A stretch of 64,000 bases of DNA from Candidatus Omnitrophota bacterium (GTDB lineage: Bacteria > Omnitrophota > Gorgyraeia > 2-01-FULL-45-10), in assembly GCA_028715345.1 (NCBI GenBank), contig JAQUSB010000005.1:10042-74041 (forward strand). Direction: 5' to 3'. The position numbers and the translations under genes are program-made. Position 1 is the first letter of the stretch; each line of letters opens with the position of its first letter. Under the pieces are notes generated by a model. The model saw nothing but the letters and a program-made list of their open reading frames with translations, made no database searches and was not told the origin of the DNA. Below are positions 47,332 through 60,300 of the stretch, piece by piece.

Positions 47332-47347
47332 CGTTGCTTTTCCATAG

Positions 47348-47373
47348 TAGGGAAGGTTTAAACCTTCCCTACA
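47348..47373. repeat. REP-like palindromic element copy 6
   Basis: GTAGGGAAGGTTTAAACCTTCCCTAC, immediately after the rpoD stop. Confidence 0.75.
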
Positions 47374-47391
47374 TTTATTTTAAAAAATAAG

Positions 47392-47420
47392 TTGACAATT
47401 ATTGAAACGTAGTGTATACT
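47392..47420 (+). promoter_or_regulatory. sigma70-like promoter TTGACA-N17-TATACT (cspA distal promoter)
   Basis: Near-consensus hexamers about 118 nt upstream of the cspA GTG. Confidence 0.45.
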
Positions 47421-47453
47421 CGTCCCATAGTGAAGAAGGCATCAAAATCTTGG

Positions 47454-47493
47454 ACCGCATGGTAGAGAAAGCTTTCGCCTTGCGGTTTTTTTT
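47454..47493 (+). promoter_or_regulatory. hairpin plus U-run (terminator/attenuator-like) within cspA leader, followed by TGCTATAAT at 47505..47513
   Basis: CCGCAUGG...palindrome GAAAGCUUUC...CCUUGCGG followed by 9 T, then an extended -10. Confidence 0.4.
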
Positions 47494-47537
47494 ATGTCGA
47501 TATTTGCTATAATTTTTCCGAAAGGAGGTATTTACAA

Positions 47538-47738
47538 GTGCCAAAAGGAAAAGTAAAATGGTTCAATGATGCAAAGGGCTACGGCTTTATTACTCCTGAA
47601 GAGGGTAAGGATGTTTTCGTTCACCACAGCGCAATTCAGGGTGAAGGTTTTAAGACATTAAAAGAAGGCCAGGAAGTTCAGTTTGACATCACGCAGGGTC
47701 CCAAAGGGGAGCAGGCGACAAACGTTGTCAAATTGTAA
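47538..47738 (+). CDS. cspA: cold-shock protein CspA family
   Basis: GTG start with RBS 'AAAGGAGG'. '[16 protein letters not shown]' and 'VFVHHSAI' are RNP motifs. Confidence 0.88.
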   Translation: MPKGKVKWFNDAKGYGFITPEEGKDVFVHHSAIQGEGFKTLKEGQEVQFDITQGPKGEQATNVVKL

Positions 47739-47755
47739 TTATTGACACACGCTAA

Positions 47756-47790
47756 TAGGGCTCGGTGGATAACCGGGCCCTATTTTTTCG
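47756..47790 (+). terminator. rho-independent terminator after cspA (REP-related hairpin)
   Basis: TAGGGC-TCGGTGGATAACCGG-GCCCTA followed by TTTTTT. The loop contains the GGTGGATAAC motif shared with REP tails. Confidence 0.55.
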
Positions 47791-47818
47791 GTTTGTTTTG
47801 CGTTACGGAGGACGATCT

Positions 47819-48133
47819 ATGAAGATATTGTTCTTGGCTCTGGCGGTTCTGACCTTATCCTGCGCGCCTTCTTACGCGCAGGAGGGCGAAGAACGCAAAG
47901 TGACGGAAGGGAATATATCGTACATCGATTGGGTGGGCTCCGTGATCGAAGTGAATAATATGACGATATCGGTCCCTCCCGGGATGTCGATACGTAAGGG
48001 TAATAGTGGCGTGATAGGCCTGGCTGAATTGAATATGGGAGACCCCGTCGTAATTACATACTACACAAGTTCGTCGGGTGAGAACGTAGCGACGAATATA
48101 ACGGTCCAGTATTACGGTGATTTCGCCGTATAA
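47819..48133 (+). CDS. hypothetical secreted/lipo-protein
   Basis: Start at 'MKILFLALAVLTLSCAPSYAQ' (signal peptide) rather than at 47765, which overlaps the terminator. Confidence 0.45.
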   Translation: MKILFLALAVLTLSCAPSYAQEGEERKVTEGNISYIDWVGSVIEVNNMTISVPPGMSIRKGNSGVIGLAELNMGDPVVITYYTSSSGENVATNITVQYYGDFAV

Positions 48134-48149
48134 AAAGAAAGGCTAAAAT

Positions 48150-48224
48150 ATGCCGAAGAAAAATATAAGAAAGACGAGGCAGCGAGCGCTCCGCAGGCAG
48201 AAACGCCGCCGGATACGCAAGTAA
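48150..48224 (+). CDS. candidate tiny basic peptide (24 aa, MPKKNIRKTRQRALRRQKRRRIRK)
   Basis: ATG with an upstream 'AAAGAAAGG'. The terminator hairpin 48253..48284 follows. Extremely basic and ribosomal-protein-like. Below the ORF-track size cutoff. Confidence 0.3.
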   Translation: MPKKNIRKTRQRALRRQKRRRIRK

Positions 48225-48252
48225 AACTGCGGCAAAAGTCGAAAGGCTCGAA

Positions 48253-48284
48253 GAAGCAATCCGTAAGGGTTGCTTCTTTTTTTG
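48253..48284 (+). terminator. rho-independent terminator
   Basis: GAAGCAA-TCCGTAAGGG-TTGCTTC followed by a T8 run. Confidence 0.55.
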
Positions 48285-48352
48285 AGTTAAGTAGGAAAAA
48301 GATAGTTATCTTTCTATTGACTTAACAAAATATATGTTATAATTTTTCTACA

Positions 48353-51300
48353 ATGTTTATATATAAGCATAATATTATATCCAAAAGCATAATATTTGCG
48401 CTGGCATTTTCTTTCCTTTCCGACTCCGTAGTTTCCGCAAATCCCGATCTGCTTGCCCCTCAGGCAGGCAACCCTTCAGTCTATCGTCAAATCCGCACCA
48501 TGATGGAGAATAATTTTGACGAAAACAAACATATAGCAAAATTCGTAGAAGATCGCTCGGATAAAGCCAGAAAACTGTCGTATATCTCCGGCCTCGAAGA
48601 TGATTTCAGGCAATGCGTAAAGGCATCTGATGCGGAAGGCATGTTCATCAGGCTCAAAAGCACCCTCATCGCAGATGGTGGGAAGATCCAGCTCATAATT
48701 TTAGATAAAGGCGAAACGCCCCCGAAAAAATTGGGAGGGGAGAGCGTATGGGGATATGCCGATAAGGATATTACGGTCTTTGTTTCCGATGATGAGTGGG
48801 AGATACTCAAAAATGATCAAACGGCCGCGAAAGAAACTAAAAGAAAGATAATCGCCCGGCTATTTCATGAGATACGCGCGCGCTCTACAAAGGCCAAGGA
48901 ATTGTTCGAGAAAGGATACGGCAGAGATAAGCCTGACGCTTCTGCAGAAGTGCCGCAGTTCGTAAGATCCTTGCGTGAAAAATACGAAAAAAATAACCGC
49001 GAAATGGAGAAGGAAATAAAAAAGCACGGCCGGATCAAGAGCAAGGCTTTGCGCGAAGAATTCGCTGGTTTAACTTTCTTTGACGGCCGCCCCCAGCTCA
49101 TGAACCGCGACTACACGATGGCGGAAACTATCGGCATCGATGACCTGGTGGATCTATGCCGCAAAGCGGATGATCCGGTAAGCTGGATAAAAGCTTTTAA
49201 AAATTTGAGCGCTGTGGATATAAATTCCAAGGCTGACCGGAATAAGGCGATAAGGGTGTGCGAAGAGTTCCTGAATTCAAGGCGTACTACGGCCTGGCAT
49301 GTTTACGTCAATGAGTATTCGGGCTGGGGAAGCGCTTGTATGAGCGCCGAATTTTATATATCCAGATTTTTTGAGCGGATAAACCATAACAGCCAATGCC
49401 CCGGCGTATACCGATGTAAAGACAGCAGTATGTTCACCCTGCAGTCTCCTGTGTGCCCGGGAGTCGAGAATCGTTTCATCAAATCCCGGCCGCGAAATGA
49501 TACAACGCTGTTAGAATTCCGGAACGGACGCCTGGCTATGGTGGATAATGTTCCGGTGGATACGTATCTTGAGCATGTCTGGCCATCTTCGGATACGGAA
49601 GTTCTGTCCGGGATCAAAGAACAGCGGATAATACTCGAGAAAGAATATTTTATAGATTGCGACAAACCTATTTATCTGGGAGCGATAAATTACGGCAGAT
49701 ACAAGAGTTCTAAGACGACTTACGCTGTTTTGCTAAATGATCTATACGTTAGATATGAGGGAGGTAAACCCAGGTTCGATAGTAGCGGAGGCGGTCGTTC
49801 TTATAATTTAAAAGGCATGCTATTCGTATTATACGGAAGGTATAGCCTGGATAAACGTTTTCCTGCATTTAAGCTGGCCAGGCCATCCGTTGTTATCGAA
49901 AGCCTGTCGGAAAAATATCTTAAAGGCGATAGGGACAGCCTTAAGCTCCAGAAATTGTTTGCCAATCGCGAAACGGCTAGTTTGTGTGCCGGGACGCCGT
50001 CTAAAAAGCCGGTGCGCAAACCCGGCGATCCGTATTATATGGCTCATCCGGACAGCATTCCTCCCGAAGATCCCGATCAGGGGCCGGATCTCAACTATCA
50101 GCCTTTGCGCGCGCCGAAACCGCAAGAGGCGGGACAGGCTAAGCCAAGTGCGGATGAAGATTTTATTATATTTAACAAAGTTCGCATGCATTTAACCGAG
50201 GCAAAAAAAGAGCTAGAGAGTATATATCCTACAAAATCATTTTTATTCAATGCGCGTGTCAATAATGGCGTTGTTGAGATAGGTGTTGTGCCTAAAGGTA
50301 GCCCGAGGAACCACCTCTCTATTAACTATCCAGGATTCGAGGACGAAGGAGTTTACCGCGGCGCTGTGTGGGGTGACGGCGGCCTATTCGAAATGTTGCC
50401 ATATTTTGATGATACGGAATACCTTGAAGAAGACAGAACAGATGACATAGTTAAGTTGACGAGAATATTGAATGCGCAGATAGATGACCACATTTTAATA
50501 TCGAAAGCCATGATCGGGCTCGGATTATCCGAACGAACAAGCGTATTGAATGAATGGATGAAAGTCAAACTCGTGGAATGGAATAGGATAACGGGTAGGC
50601 CGAAGCTTGATACCGTAAAAGATATAGGTACGCTGAGTCGTCTCCGGCTTTCAAACCAATCCGAACCGCAAGCGGTCGAGCCGCCGAAACAGCAAGGGGC
50701 AGAGCGAAGACTGCCAGCGGAACCCGAAAATCTTACCCCTGAACCAACGGGAGATTTGTCGGGATCCGGCAGAGCGCTTACTTTATTGAAGGCAATAGAG
50801 ACGATAGAACCGGGCGCGGCAGGTGTATTTGGTTATGCCGCCGCTTTAACCATGTCGGTCATTACGATGGCTTTAGTAACGGACTTAGACCCGGTCATGT
50901 ATTTTATGCTGGGATCTATTGTGACATTGTCCACTGCTAAGATAATGACGAAGATAGCCGTGAGTTATATCAGGGCGCAGATGTGCGATGTCCTGCCTGC
51001 AGGAAGTATTGTAGGAATAGCTAAAAGATCCGGTATGAGAAGCATCTCTTCCGAAGAAGAATATGCTCTGACCAGGCTTGCGAAAACACTCCCTCCGAAT
51101 TTTGAGTTCCGTATATTTCGTAATTTGACGTATTGGAGATGGTTTACCCAGGGAGAATGGCCGTACGCCCCTGCAGGCATAGCGGAGATGATCGGTAAGC
51201 GGCACGTTGTATCCTTGATCGATTTTACTGCCACTCCGGACCGTATTGCTCACGAGCTCATACATGTGCTCCAGAGATCACAGGAGGAGCGTGACGCAGC

Positions 51301-54300
51301 CGTGCCGCTGGTCGTTCCGCTAGAACGGCTGCTGGGAGAGTTGGGCGGCGAAGAAGCGGCAGGGCTTTCTGCCGAAGTGAGACGTGTCAGGGAGGATTTC
51401 CTGGAATACTGGAAGCGTTTTAATGGTACGGACCAAACGAATGTTTCGATCGCGCTTGACTTAGAATTCGGAGCCTCTCTCTATCAGCGCATATTCGCCG
51501 CGGCTTTTGAAGGCGACGCAAGGGTGATCGACTGGGAAGATTTTGATCTCGAAAATAACGGCAGGTGGGATCCTGTGCTTGGCCGATATTTTCTCGAATT
51601 AAAAGCGCATAATCCTAAGTATTCCGATTATGTTAATTCCGTAAAAAGATTTATCGCTGCTATCGAAAAAACGGAAGATCAAAAGGTCAAACGCGCCATT
51701 CTGGATTTCCTGAGAAATTATTACATGTCGTTGCATATAGCTATCCCGCTGCCCGGTATCCTGCAGCTTCAATCGCCTGCGCTGAATGACCAGCCAGGGC
51801 GCGCGCCGAAGCCGCAAGATGCGGGGCAGACCCCCGATCCGGCCGCCGTCAAGAAGCGTTTTGAGGAATTACGCGTAAAATACGGCAGCAAGGCCGCCTG
51901 GCTTATGATATTGCAGGAGTTAGGGTTGCCGGAAAAGCTCGGTTTCAAGATACCCAACTTTGCCGTGCCTGACTCCGGTTTGATCATGAGGATCATCGAA
52001 AAGACGCAAAGGGCCCTTCGCGAATTTGACGATATAGAGCGCTCGTACGAGCGCTCGGATTTAAAATACCGCAACACAAAGCTTCATTTCGAGAAATTCA
52101 TCGAGGAGTTCATCGAGGGGAAATATGACGAGGAGGGGTTCGCGTCGATTATATCCGCGAATTACAAAGGATTTTTAAAATATGCTTCGATCGAAGAATG
52201 GAAAGAATTATTTCGTCACCTAAAAAAATCTTATTACTTAAAATTGTTCGAAAATGCCAAATATGGCGGTTCTCTCGTTCCGCCTTCTGTTTTATTAGAA
52301 ATAGCGAAACAGACCGTTACATCGGCCATGATCGATAAAATAAGTATGTATTACCTTGACGACGCGGAAAAACGCGAATTTTTCAAAATGGCAAGCGAGT
52401 TAGGAGAGCACAGGATATGGAGGTCTTCGGCATTCAATGAGGATACGTTCCTGTCGAGTATGGCGGGAAAATATCTCAGCTTGAGAACGGAAGAGTCGGC
52501 GCCGCTGGGTCCGGTATGCGACTTCGGTCCGGATCTTAGGGACAATGAAATTCGACCGCTGTATCAGGACTATATATTTGCCGAAAAATCGGGAATAGCC
52601 TTTTCGGACCTTGCCGGCATTACCACGATAGAGGCTGTGTTGGGCGAATGCGCGTCGGCAGTGATAGGGGAGAATAATACTATAATAGACATTGACCGCG
52701 AAACAGGCGTTATAAACGATATAAATTACGGTTTTTATCCTTCACCATCCGAATTTTCTATCGAGGGGGGTTCGCATGCAATATATATGGCGATGAAAAC
52801 GTCCGACATTGCCGCAAGGATGTGGAGCGAGAAGACCGTCGATGTGGTGACCGCCCGCGGCGGCAGAAAAAAATCTCCTTTATCTAAAGAAGAAATAGAG
52901 AGGGTCAGGGATGTCATTAGGGGGCTTCAAAAAGCTCTCGGCTTCCCGGTCGATATCGAATTTTCATTTGAGGGAAACGATTTCGATGTCCAACAGGTAA
53001 GGCCCATTACAGGAGACGACGACAAGAGATCGTTCGCGCTGCCGGACGCCGACTTGCCATCCGCAATAAACAGCTCTCCCATATCTATCGGATATACGGC
53101 TAATGAAGGTTTTGAAGGCAATATAGTGGAGGTTTATTCCACGCCGGAGCTTAAGGATTATTCCAAACGTTTAACGGGTAAATTATCCGAGAAGTTAAAG
53201 GAATTAGGCTATGCGCCGGATAATACCATTATAGCCATAGACCAACCGCTTCTTCTGGCAAGCGGTTACAATGTATTTATAAACACTCATAGTGCATCGC
53301 GAATTTATCACACGGGAATAAATTTTAGAGAAACAGATAAGATAATAGGCGGTATGCCAGGGTTCGATCTCTTTACTGCTCCGAAGATCGCGTGGGATGA
53401 GAAAGAAATTACTTTACAGGACTGGGAGGGTAAAGAGTATAAGGTCAGGGTAAGGGTAAGCAGGGATAAAGTACGATATTATTCGAACGGTTTCAGGGGT
53501 CTATTGGTCAGAGCGGTCGAGCCGCCGAAACCGCCTCTCGGAGGCGGGAGGGATATAGTCGGCCTCGAGGAGTTTGTTCTGGGAAATACGGCAGAGACGG
53601 TGGTCGGATACTTGATGGCGCATAGCACTGCACAGGATGAGGACGTAAGAAGGATACTTGCAAGGTCGGATCCTGTAAAGGCGGCAGAATTCGACAGGCT
53701 GATGTTGCGGGAGGCCGAACAAAATGTTACTGACGAAAAATTACAGAGAGATGATTTTCTTGGATCCGATAAGATGCCGGCGCTCAAACATATAAAAATC
53801 CGGAAATGGGTGCCGGCAAGGCAGATCTTCGAAACAGGGCAGAAGTATGCGGAAGGAAAAGATTCTAACGGCATCGCCCCTATCGGCGGCGTTCCCACAC
53901 ATTACCTTGAGGAGCTTATCCCGCACATAGTCGATGAAGTAGATAAGAAGGGGTGCGCAGTTTCATTTAAATCTGATCTCGAGGGTGCGGAAATTCTTTA
54001 TATAGGCCTTGGTTTTGATGTGACACCAATGATGCGGTTTATCCGTAAATATCCAAAAATTAAGGCGATCCATCTTTTGGATGTAAACTCAAAAACGTTC
54101 GGGGTCTTAGATATGCTTATTAACGAAAACAGGTCTGAGCTTCCCTCCGGGTTAAAGATATATGGATACCGGGCGACCGTGCTTGATATGCCGCAGGAAT
54201 TAACGGGAGCCATAGATATTGTGACAGATCGCAAAGTTTTTGATACGTGGGATGACAGAAGTTTTTCCTTGCCGCAAATAGACCGTGCCCTGGAGGAAAT

Positions 54301-57300
54301 TTACAGGGTCCTTAAGCCGGGCGGTATTCATTCTTCCTTCGGGAAGTTTGCGATAACCGAATATCCCGAAACTATCGATATGGAAGCATTGGGTAAACTT
54401 GACGCACGGGGTGAAGAGTCCTGTGTTTTTGTCAAGCCTCCCGCTGTAAACCCCGGGGAATTTAAACGCAACGAACTTACTGCGGGTGTCCGGGGAGCGC
54501 CGTCGCTTGCTATTTTGGCCGCAGGTCTGGCTTCCGGCATTATGCTTATGGCGGTCTTCTTCGTAAACGATGTCATATACGGTTTGCTTCGAAATGAAAG
54601 ATTTTACCAGTCTCTCCTGAACAAACATCCTAAGCTTTGCAGATTCCTTAAAGGCTTTTTTAACTATAGGATATTACCCGATCTTTGTTCTTCCTGGGCC
54701 GTAAGGCTGATACTTTCCGGACATGCCGAAAATAGTCCGCAGAAGGCGTCCTCCGCAGAAACTTCGTTAGTACCCGGCGATATAGACACGCTTATAACCG
54801 CTTTACAGGGCGGAGCCGATGAACTGGAATTTTATCGTCCGGCAGTCGCGCGGTTCCTGAATATAATTTTGTCACCCCATCTTATAAATGTTCCCGCCAG
54901 CCCCCATTCGGTATCGGAGGGCGATTATGAATCGGCTAAAAAACTGCATGCCTTTTTAGGGTTATGCGGCCCTGTTGTATATTCAAAATTTATAAAAATA
55001 GTGAATCAAATGGGATTTCAGGAAAAAGAGTTGTTCCTGGATCGGCCGTTAATTTCCGGCGTATTCAATTACGGCCATACCGTTGTACCCGATCCTTTAA
55101 TGGCGCATCAGGCTTTATATCCCGGTCTTTCCAGGGAAAGTCGGCGCGAACCTCTGGAATCGCTCGCCGGGCCGTGGTTAATGCTTGCAGGGGCCGATGA
55201 GTCTCAGTTGAAGGCGATTTTTGACGGCTGGCTGCATGGTGATGGCACAGTTGTTAATGAGGCGTGGTTTGGCGGCCTTATTGAAAGGGCAAAAGATAAC
55301 ATACGAAGGGCATTACCGGAAGGTAAAAGCTTATCACCCGTCGTTAATTTCTTTAGTAAACGCTCCAGACTAGATCCCATGGTGCCGACAGAGTCCAGGA
55401 TAATGTTTGGCTATATGGCCATAGGAGAGCTTGAAAAATTGCGCGGACAAGTGCCGAGAAAAGCTTTAACGCACGAAGGCGGAAAGGTAAGGAGGCTGCC
55501 CCCAGAAACAAAGCCTGCGAAAGAGGGGAAAGATTATGGAGACGACATACCCGAAGATTGGCTGGCCGGCGACGCCATTAAGTATCGCCCGCTGCCGGAT
55601 GATCCGGATCAGACCGGATGGGGCGGCATAGGCGAGCCCGGCCTTATCGAATACTTAAAGGACGGAACGATCCCGCCGGAGAGAGTCGCGAGACTTGCTT
55701 TGCAGGATATCAAAGAACATTTTATAGACGCCGACGGTTTTGTGTCAAGGCTGGACGATATGGCCAATGAAGCTAAAAAAGGCGGGAACCGCGATCTTGC
55801 GGGGGCATGCCGTGAAGTGATCGATATAATACGCGCCGGAAGGTCGTCGGAAGGTTTGTCGCCCGGTTCAGACGGGAACGGTGATGCGGGAAGAATTTCG
55901 AAGTTTTTCAAATGGGCAAAGCGGCTGTTTTCCGCCGCCGCAAGTTCGATTTCCAAAAACTTATCCATGCGGAAAAACGGCGCAGCGAATACAGTAAGCG
56001 TACTAAGGAGCCACCGCTGTATTTACTACAATATAAATATTAAAACGGCGGCGAAGATCCTGCTCGATGACGACACTAACGGCATACTCAATTTCCGGGC
56101 TAAAGGCGCATATTCGAAAATATCCTTTTACATGGATCGCAATGCCGCTCTTGCCCAATGCAAAGGAAATGGTGAAGAGTTTGTGCTTGAGTTCGACCTG
56201 TGGGAATGTTTGGACGCGAGGATTAAATTTACCGGTTCAACACAACCCGAAACGCACCACAAAGTGCCGCTGGAATTTCTTACCTATAACTGCAAAAAAG
56301 ATCTTGTAGCTAAAATGTGCGCGGTGCCGGAACTTAAAAAAGCCATTCTCGCCAAACAGCAGATTGTCGCGGAGAGGCTGGATTATACGTCATGGGAACA
56401 TCTGGCGGAGGAGATGGGTATTGCAGGCGACGGAGATCTCTGGGAGAATGCGTGGAATATGCCTATAATTACTTTTCGGGCAGTCCTGGGGGCCGGCGAA
56501 GACTTCGCGGCTTCGGCTTTTGACGGACATACTTATTTCATGCCGCGGGAGTTTGTCGCCGGAGATCTCGAAGGCGACGATCAGAGGACTCCTAGCTTGC
56601 GTAATCCTTATCGTCTCCCGGATGAACTTATCAATGAATTAAAATACAGGGCATTTTTGAAATATACGGAAAAAGATATCGCTGCCGATGAGATCACCCG
56701 GCGCTGCCGCGAAATATTTCCCGGGAATTATATCCCCGACCCGTACGGCAATATCGTGAGCAGGGTCGATACGGAGATAGAAACACTGCGCCTTAAATGC
56801 AAATCCGCCGCGAGATTTGTCGAAAAGCCTGTAAGGATATACGAGGTCAATGTGGCGGTCAGGATAAACGAATTGAAGAAAAGCCGGGGCGGCGCAAATC
56901 TGGCGGACCCCGATTTCCTGACGGATGAGAAACTCGAGGAGCTTAAAGCCCTCGGCTATACCCACGTCTGGCTTATGGGCGAGAAGGAAAGGGACGCGGC
57001 TGCGGCAGAGATCGCGGCATGGTTCGGCAAGGAAGGACCGTCCCCGTATGCGCTTAAATCGAACAACATCGACGAGGAATGGGGCGGAGAGGCCGCGCGT
57101 AATATACTTGCGGCCAGGCTAAAGAAATTCGGCCTTGAATTGGCAGGCGATCATGTAACCAACCATTTTGGGTTTGTCGGCGACATCATGCGCCGCTATC
57201 CTCAACTTTTCGTTATCAGGGACAAGAATCCCGCATTAATATCAGATTACTGGTTCGATTACGATGAATGGAAAAACCGGCATCCTGAAGTCCGGCCCAT

Positions 57301-60300
57301 TCCGGCATTGCAGGGCAAAGTAGTGCTGCGCGCGCAGGAAAGGCGCTGGGGCGGCGGGACGAAGACGCTGGGCACAGGCGACGTCGCGCAGATATCCATC
57401 CACTCGCCGGACGCGATCGATATAATTACGTCGCTTGTCGATGAGGCCGCGTCCAAAGTATGCGGCCCGGACGGACAGGGCGCAGGACTTCTCCGCTTCG
57501 ATCTCGCGCATTGCCTCTGGAGGAACGATCTGCTCGACCGCGTAGGAGGATTTTTAAGCTACGAAGAGTGGATGCGATTTAATAATAATTACCGCGGCAT
57601 AGAGCCGTGGAAAGTGATATTGAACCGGATAAGAAAAAAATACCCCAATCTTATTGCCGTGGCGGAAGTTTACGGAGGGGCTCAAAGTAACGCCGACCTC
57701 CTGGCTCTCGGTTTCGATTTCGCATACGATAAAGAGAGGGGTTTTTATGATATGGCGGTATTGCGGAAGGATGCGCTTAGCCTGAATGTGCATATGCGGC
57801 AATTGGAACTTATGAGGCGCGCGGGATTGTATTCGGTCCTTTTAGATGAGACTCATGACGAACACAGCATAGCAGGAATATGCCCCCGAGCGCAGCATGC
57901 CGCGATCCTTTTCCTGCGCCGTTTGAGCGGCCATGCCGAACTTATGTTCTCCGGGGAAGAATCGGGTATGGATTGGGGCAAACATAACGCCGAAGACAAG
58001 TGGCCAAGGGATTTTAAGGGAGACTTGTCGAGAAGAGCTATGTATGAGCATCCCTTATTGAAGCACCCCGCTCTTATGCACGGCAGACGGAAGCCTCTTG
58101 CCGCTTTGAACGGCAACGGCCAGGAAGGCGCTATTGCCGCGTATATTCTGGAGCATGAAGGGAAGCGCTACCTTGGAATGGCCAATATAAGTAATTCGGT
58201 CGCAAAGGGAAGGGTCAACCTGGATCCCGATTCGATATTTGACAACAAGTCGACGTTCTTCAGGTTCAGGGACATTGTCGGTGATTACAATAAATGGGCG
58301 GCTCAAAGCGGCTATGCTCCGGCGCATACCGAAGAAACCGCCCACGTTCACCGTCGGCAGGAACTTAAGTCCCTGTACGTGGAGCTCGAGCCGAATAATG
58401 TCCAATTATTCGAAATTGCTCCGTCTGAAAACGCCCGGCCTACCGGTAAGGTTGTCCCCGACGGAGATGTCGCGGTGAAAGGATTTGCCGATTTCTATCC
58501 GAAGCTGACAAATGACAATACGCAGCCTCTTAAGGAGAACAGGGTCGTATATGTGACGGTCGATTTTACGGATCGCGTCGCAGGAAAAGATGTCAGGCTA
58601 ATAATGCACTGCGCAGGCGCGGACGGAAGAAGTCATTCTTCCGTCGAAGGTCGGTATGCGGACGATTTTAAAGAAAGCCACAGGTTTAAATTTGTCGTTC
58701 CCGAGGGCACGGGGGAGTACACTCTGGAAACATCTTTTGATAGAGGCGCAACTTGGTATCCGATGGGATGGAACATAAAGATAGCCGGAGCGCAGCCTAT
58801 CGGCGGCGGCAGGGATATAGTAAGCCTCGAGGATTTCGCCCGGGATCACACGGCGGCGCAGATAGTAGGATATTTGAAGGCGCATGGTGTCGATCAGGCA
58901 GATGATATCAGACAGATACTGGCATCGTCGGATCCGGAAAAAGCTAAGGAATTCGATAAGCTCCTCGGTCTTGCGGGGTCACAGGCCGGTATGGTGCAGA
59001 TCGCGCCTGCCGGCGCGAAATTCTACAAGATGCCGGAGGATAGACTGCCGAAGCCTGCTGTGCTGCAGCCCTCCGCACAAAAAACGCAGACAGACGAAGA
59101 GGCCGCCGTGATAAGTGATGCGATAATAAATAAAGGCGAAATGTATCCGATGGGCGGAGAGGCGATGAGCGCCATAGAAGGGGATGATATATATATCGTA
59201 ACGAGGGTGCCGGATGAGTTTTTGAATAAAGAAGGTCTTGAGGTATGGATATGTTCCGATTTAAACGGCGGCTGGGAAAATACGGTAAGGATGGAGAAAG
59301 TTATTAAAGAAAATCCCGGTGAAGATAGATTTGTGGGAAAGATCAGACTTAACAGGGCAGGGACTGTGCAATACAAATGCCGCTGGTTGATACGCGAAAA
59401 CGGCCGCATAAGTTCCCAGGGGTGGGCGACGCCGCCATCGAAGAACTGTTGTATTCTCGTAAGGCAGAAGAATGACTCGCGGGAAGAAGGCGTTAGCACG
59501 GAAGAAAGATCCGTAATGCTCCGGGCCTTCAGGCGTGCGCTGGCGGGTGAGAGAATGGACCCGCGATACTTCGAGCGCAGGATAAATTATAAATTTATTA
59601 AGGACGCCCTTGAAAATCGCAGAGGCTTGAGCACTAAGAACCTGCCTGAGGATTTTGAAGAAGCCGTTTATAATATTTTCTTATCCCGGGTAATCTCGAA
59701 TAATGCCGAGTGGGACATCGTAGACCGCAGTTATCAGCCATCGCAGGCGCAAAACGAGGCTGTGCAGGAGGCAGGAGCCCTGTTAACGGAATTTTATGGG
59801 TTTAAGATAGATCTTTTGCCTCTGGTTTTATGGGGCGATCCCAAGAGGCAAACTAATAATGGGGAGGCCCTTACCATACATGATTTTATTATTATAAATA
59901 GTAAAGAGCACGTTAAAGCTCAATTGCGGCATCATCTTGTGCATGAATTTTTACATCAATTCGAAGGACGACCGAAACTTTATTGTCCTTCTCTGGAAGA
60001 GTCCGTAGTGGATTATCTCACAATGGTTATTTGTAAAGATTACAACCTGGGGAATTACTACTACAGGGAAGGCATGAAACTTGTAGGCATTCTTGTCGAT
60101 CTGGTCGGTTTTGAAAAAGTGTACAGATTTTTCCGGGACACAGACTTTAAAGGCATGGAGGAGTCGCTGGGAGATAGCGGAGAAAGGGTTTTAAGGATCT
60201 TGATGTCGTATTATTTTGCTACAGATGCTGATATATTCCCCGAACCGATAAAAGATGCCCAGGAAGATCCGGAGAGCGCAAAAATAAGCTTCAGGGAATT

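Noticed and set aside
47765-47818. Longer N-terminus (MDNRALFFRFVLRYGGRS) for the 47765 ORF.
   Set aside because: It overlaps the cspA terminator hairpin. The signal-peptide start at 47819 is more plausible.
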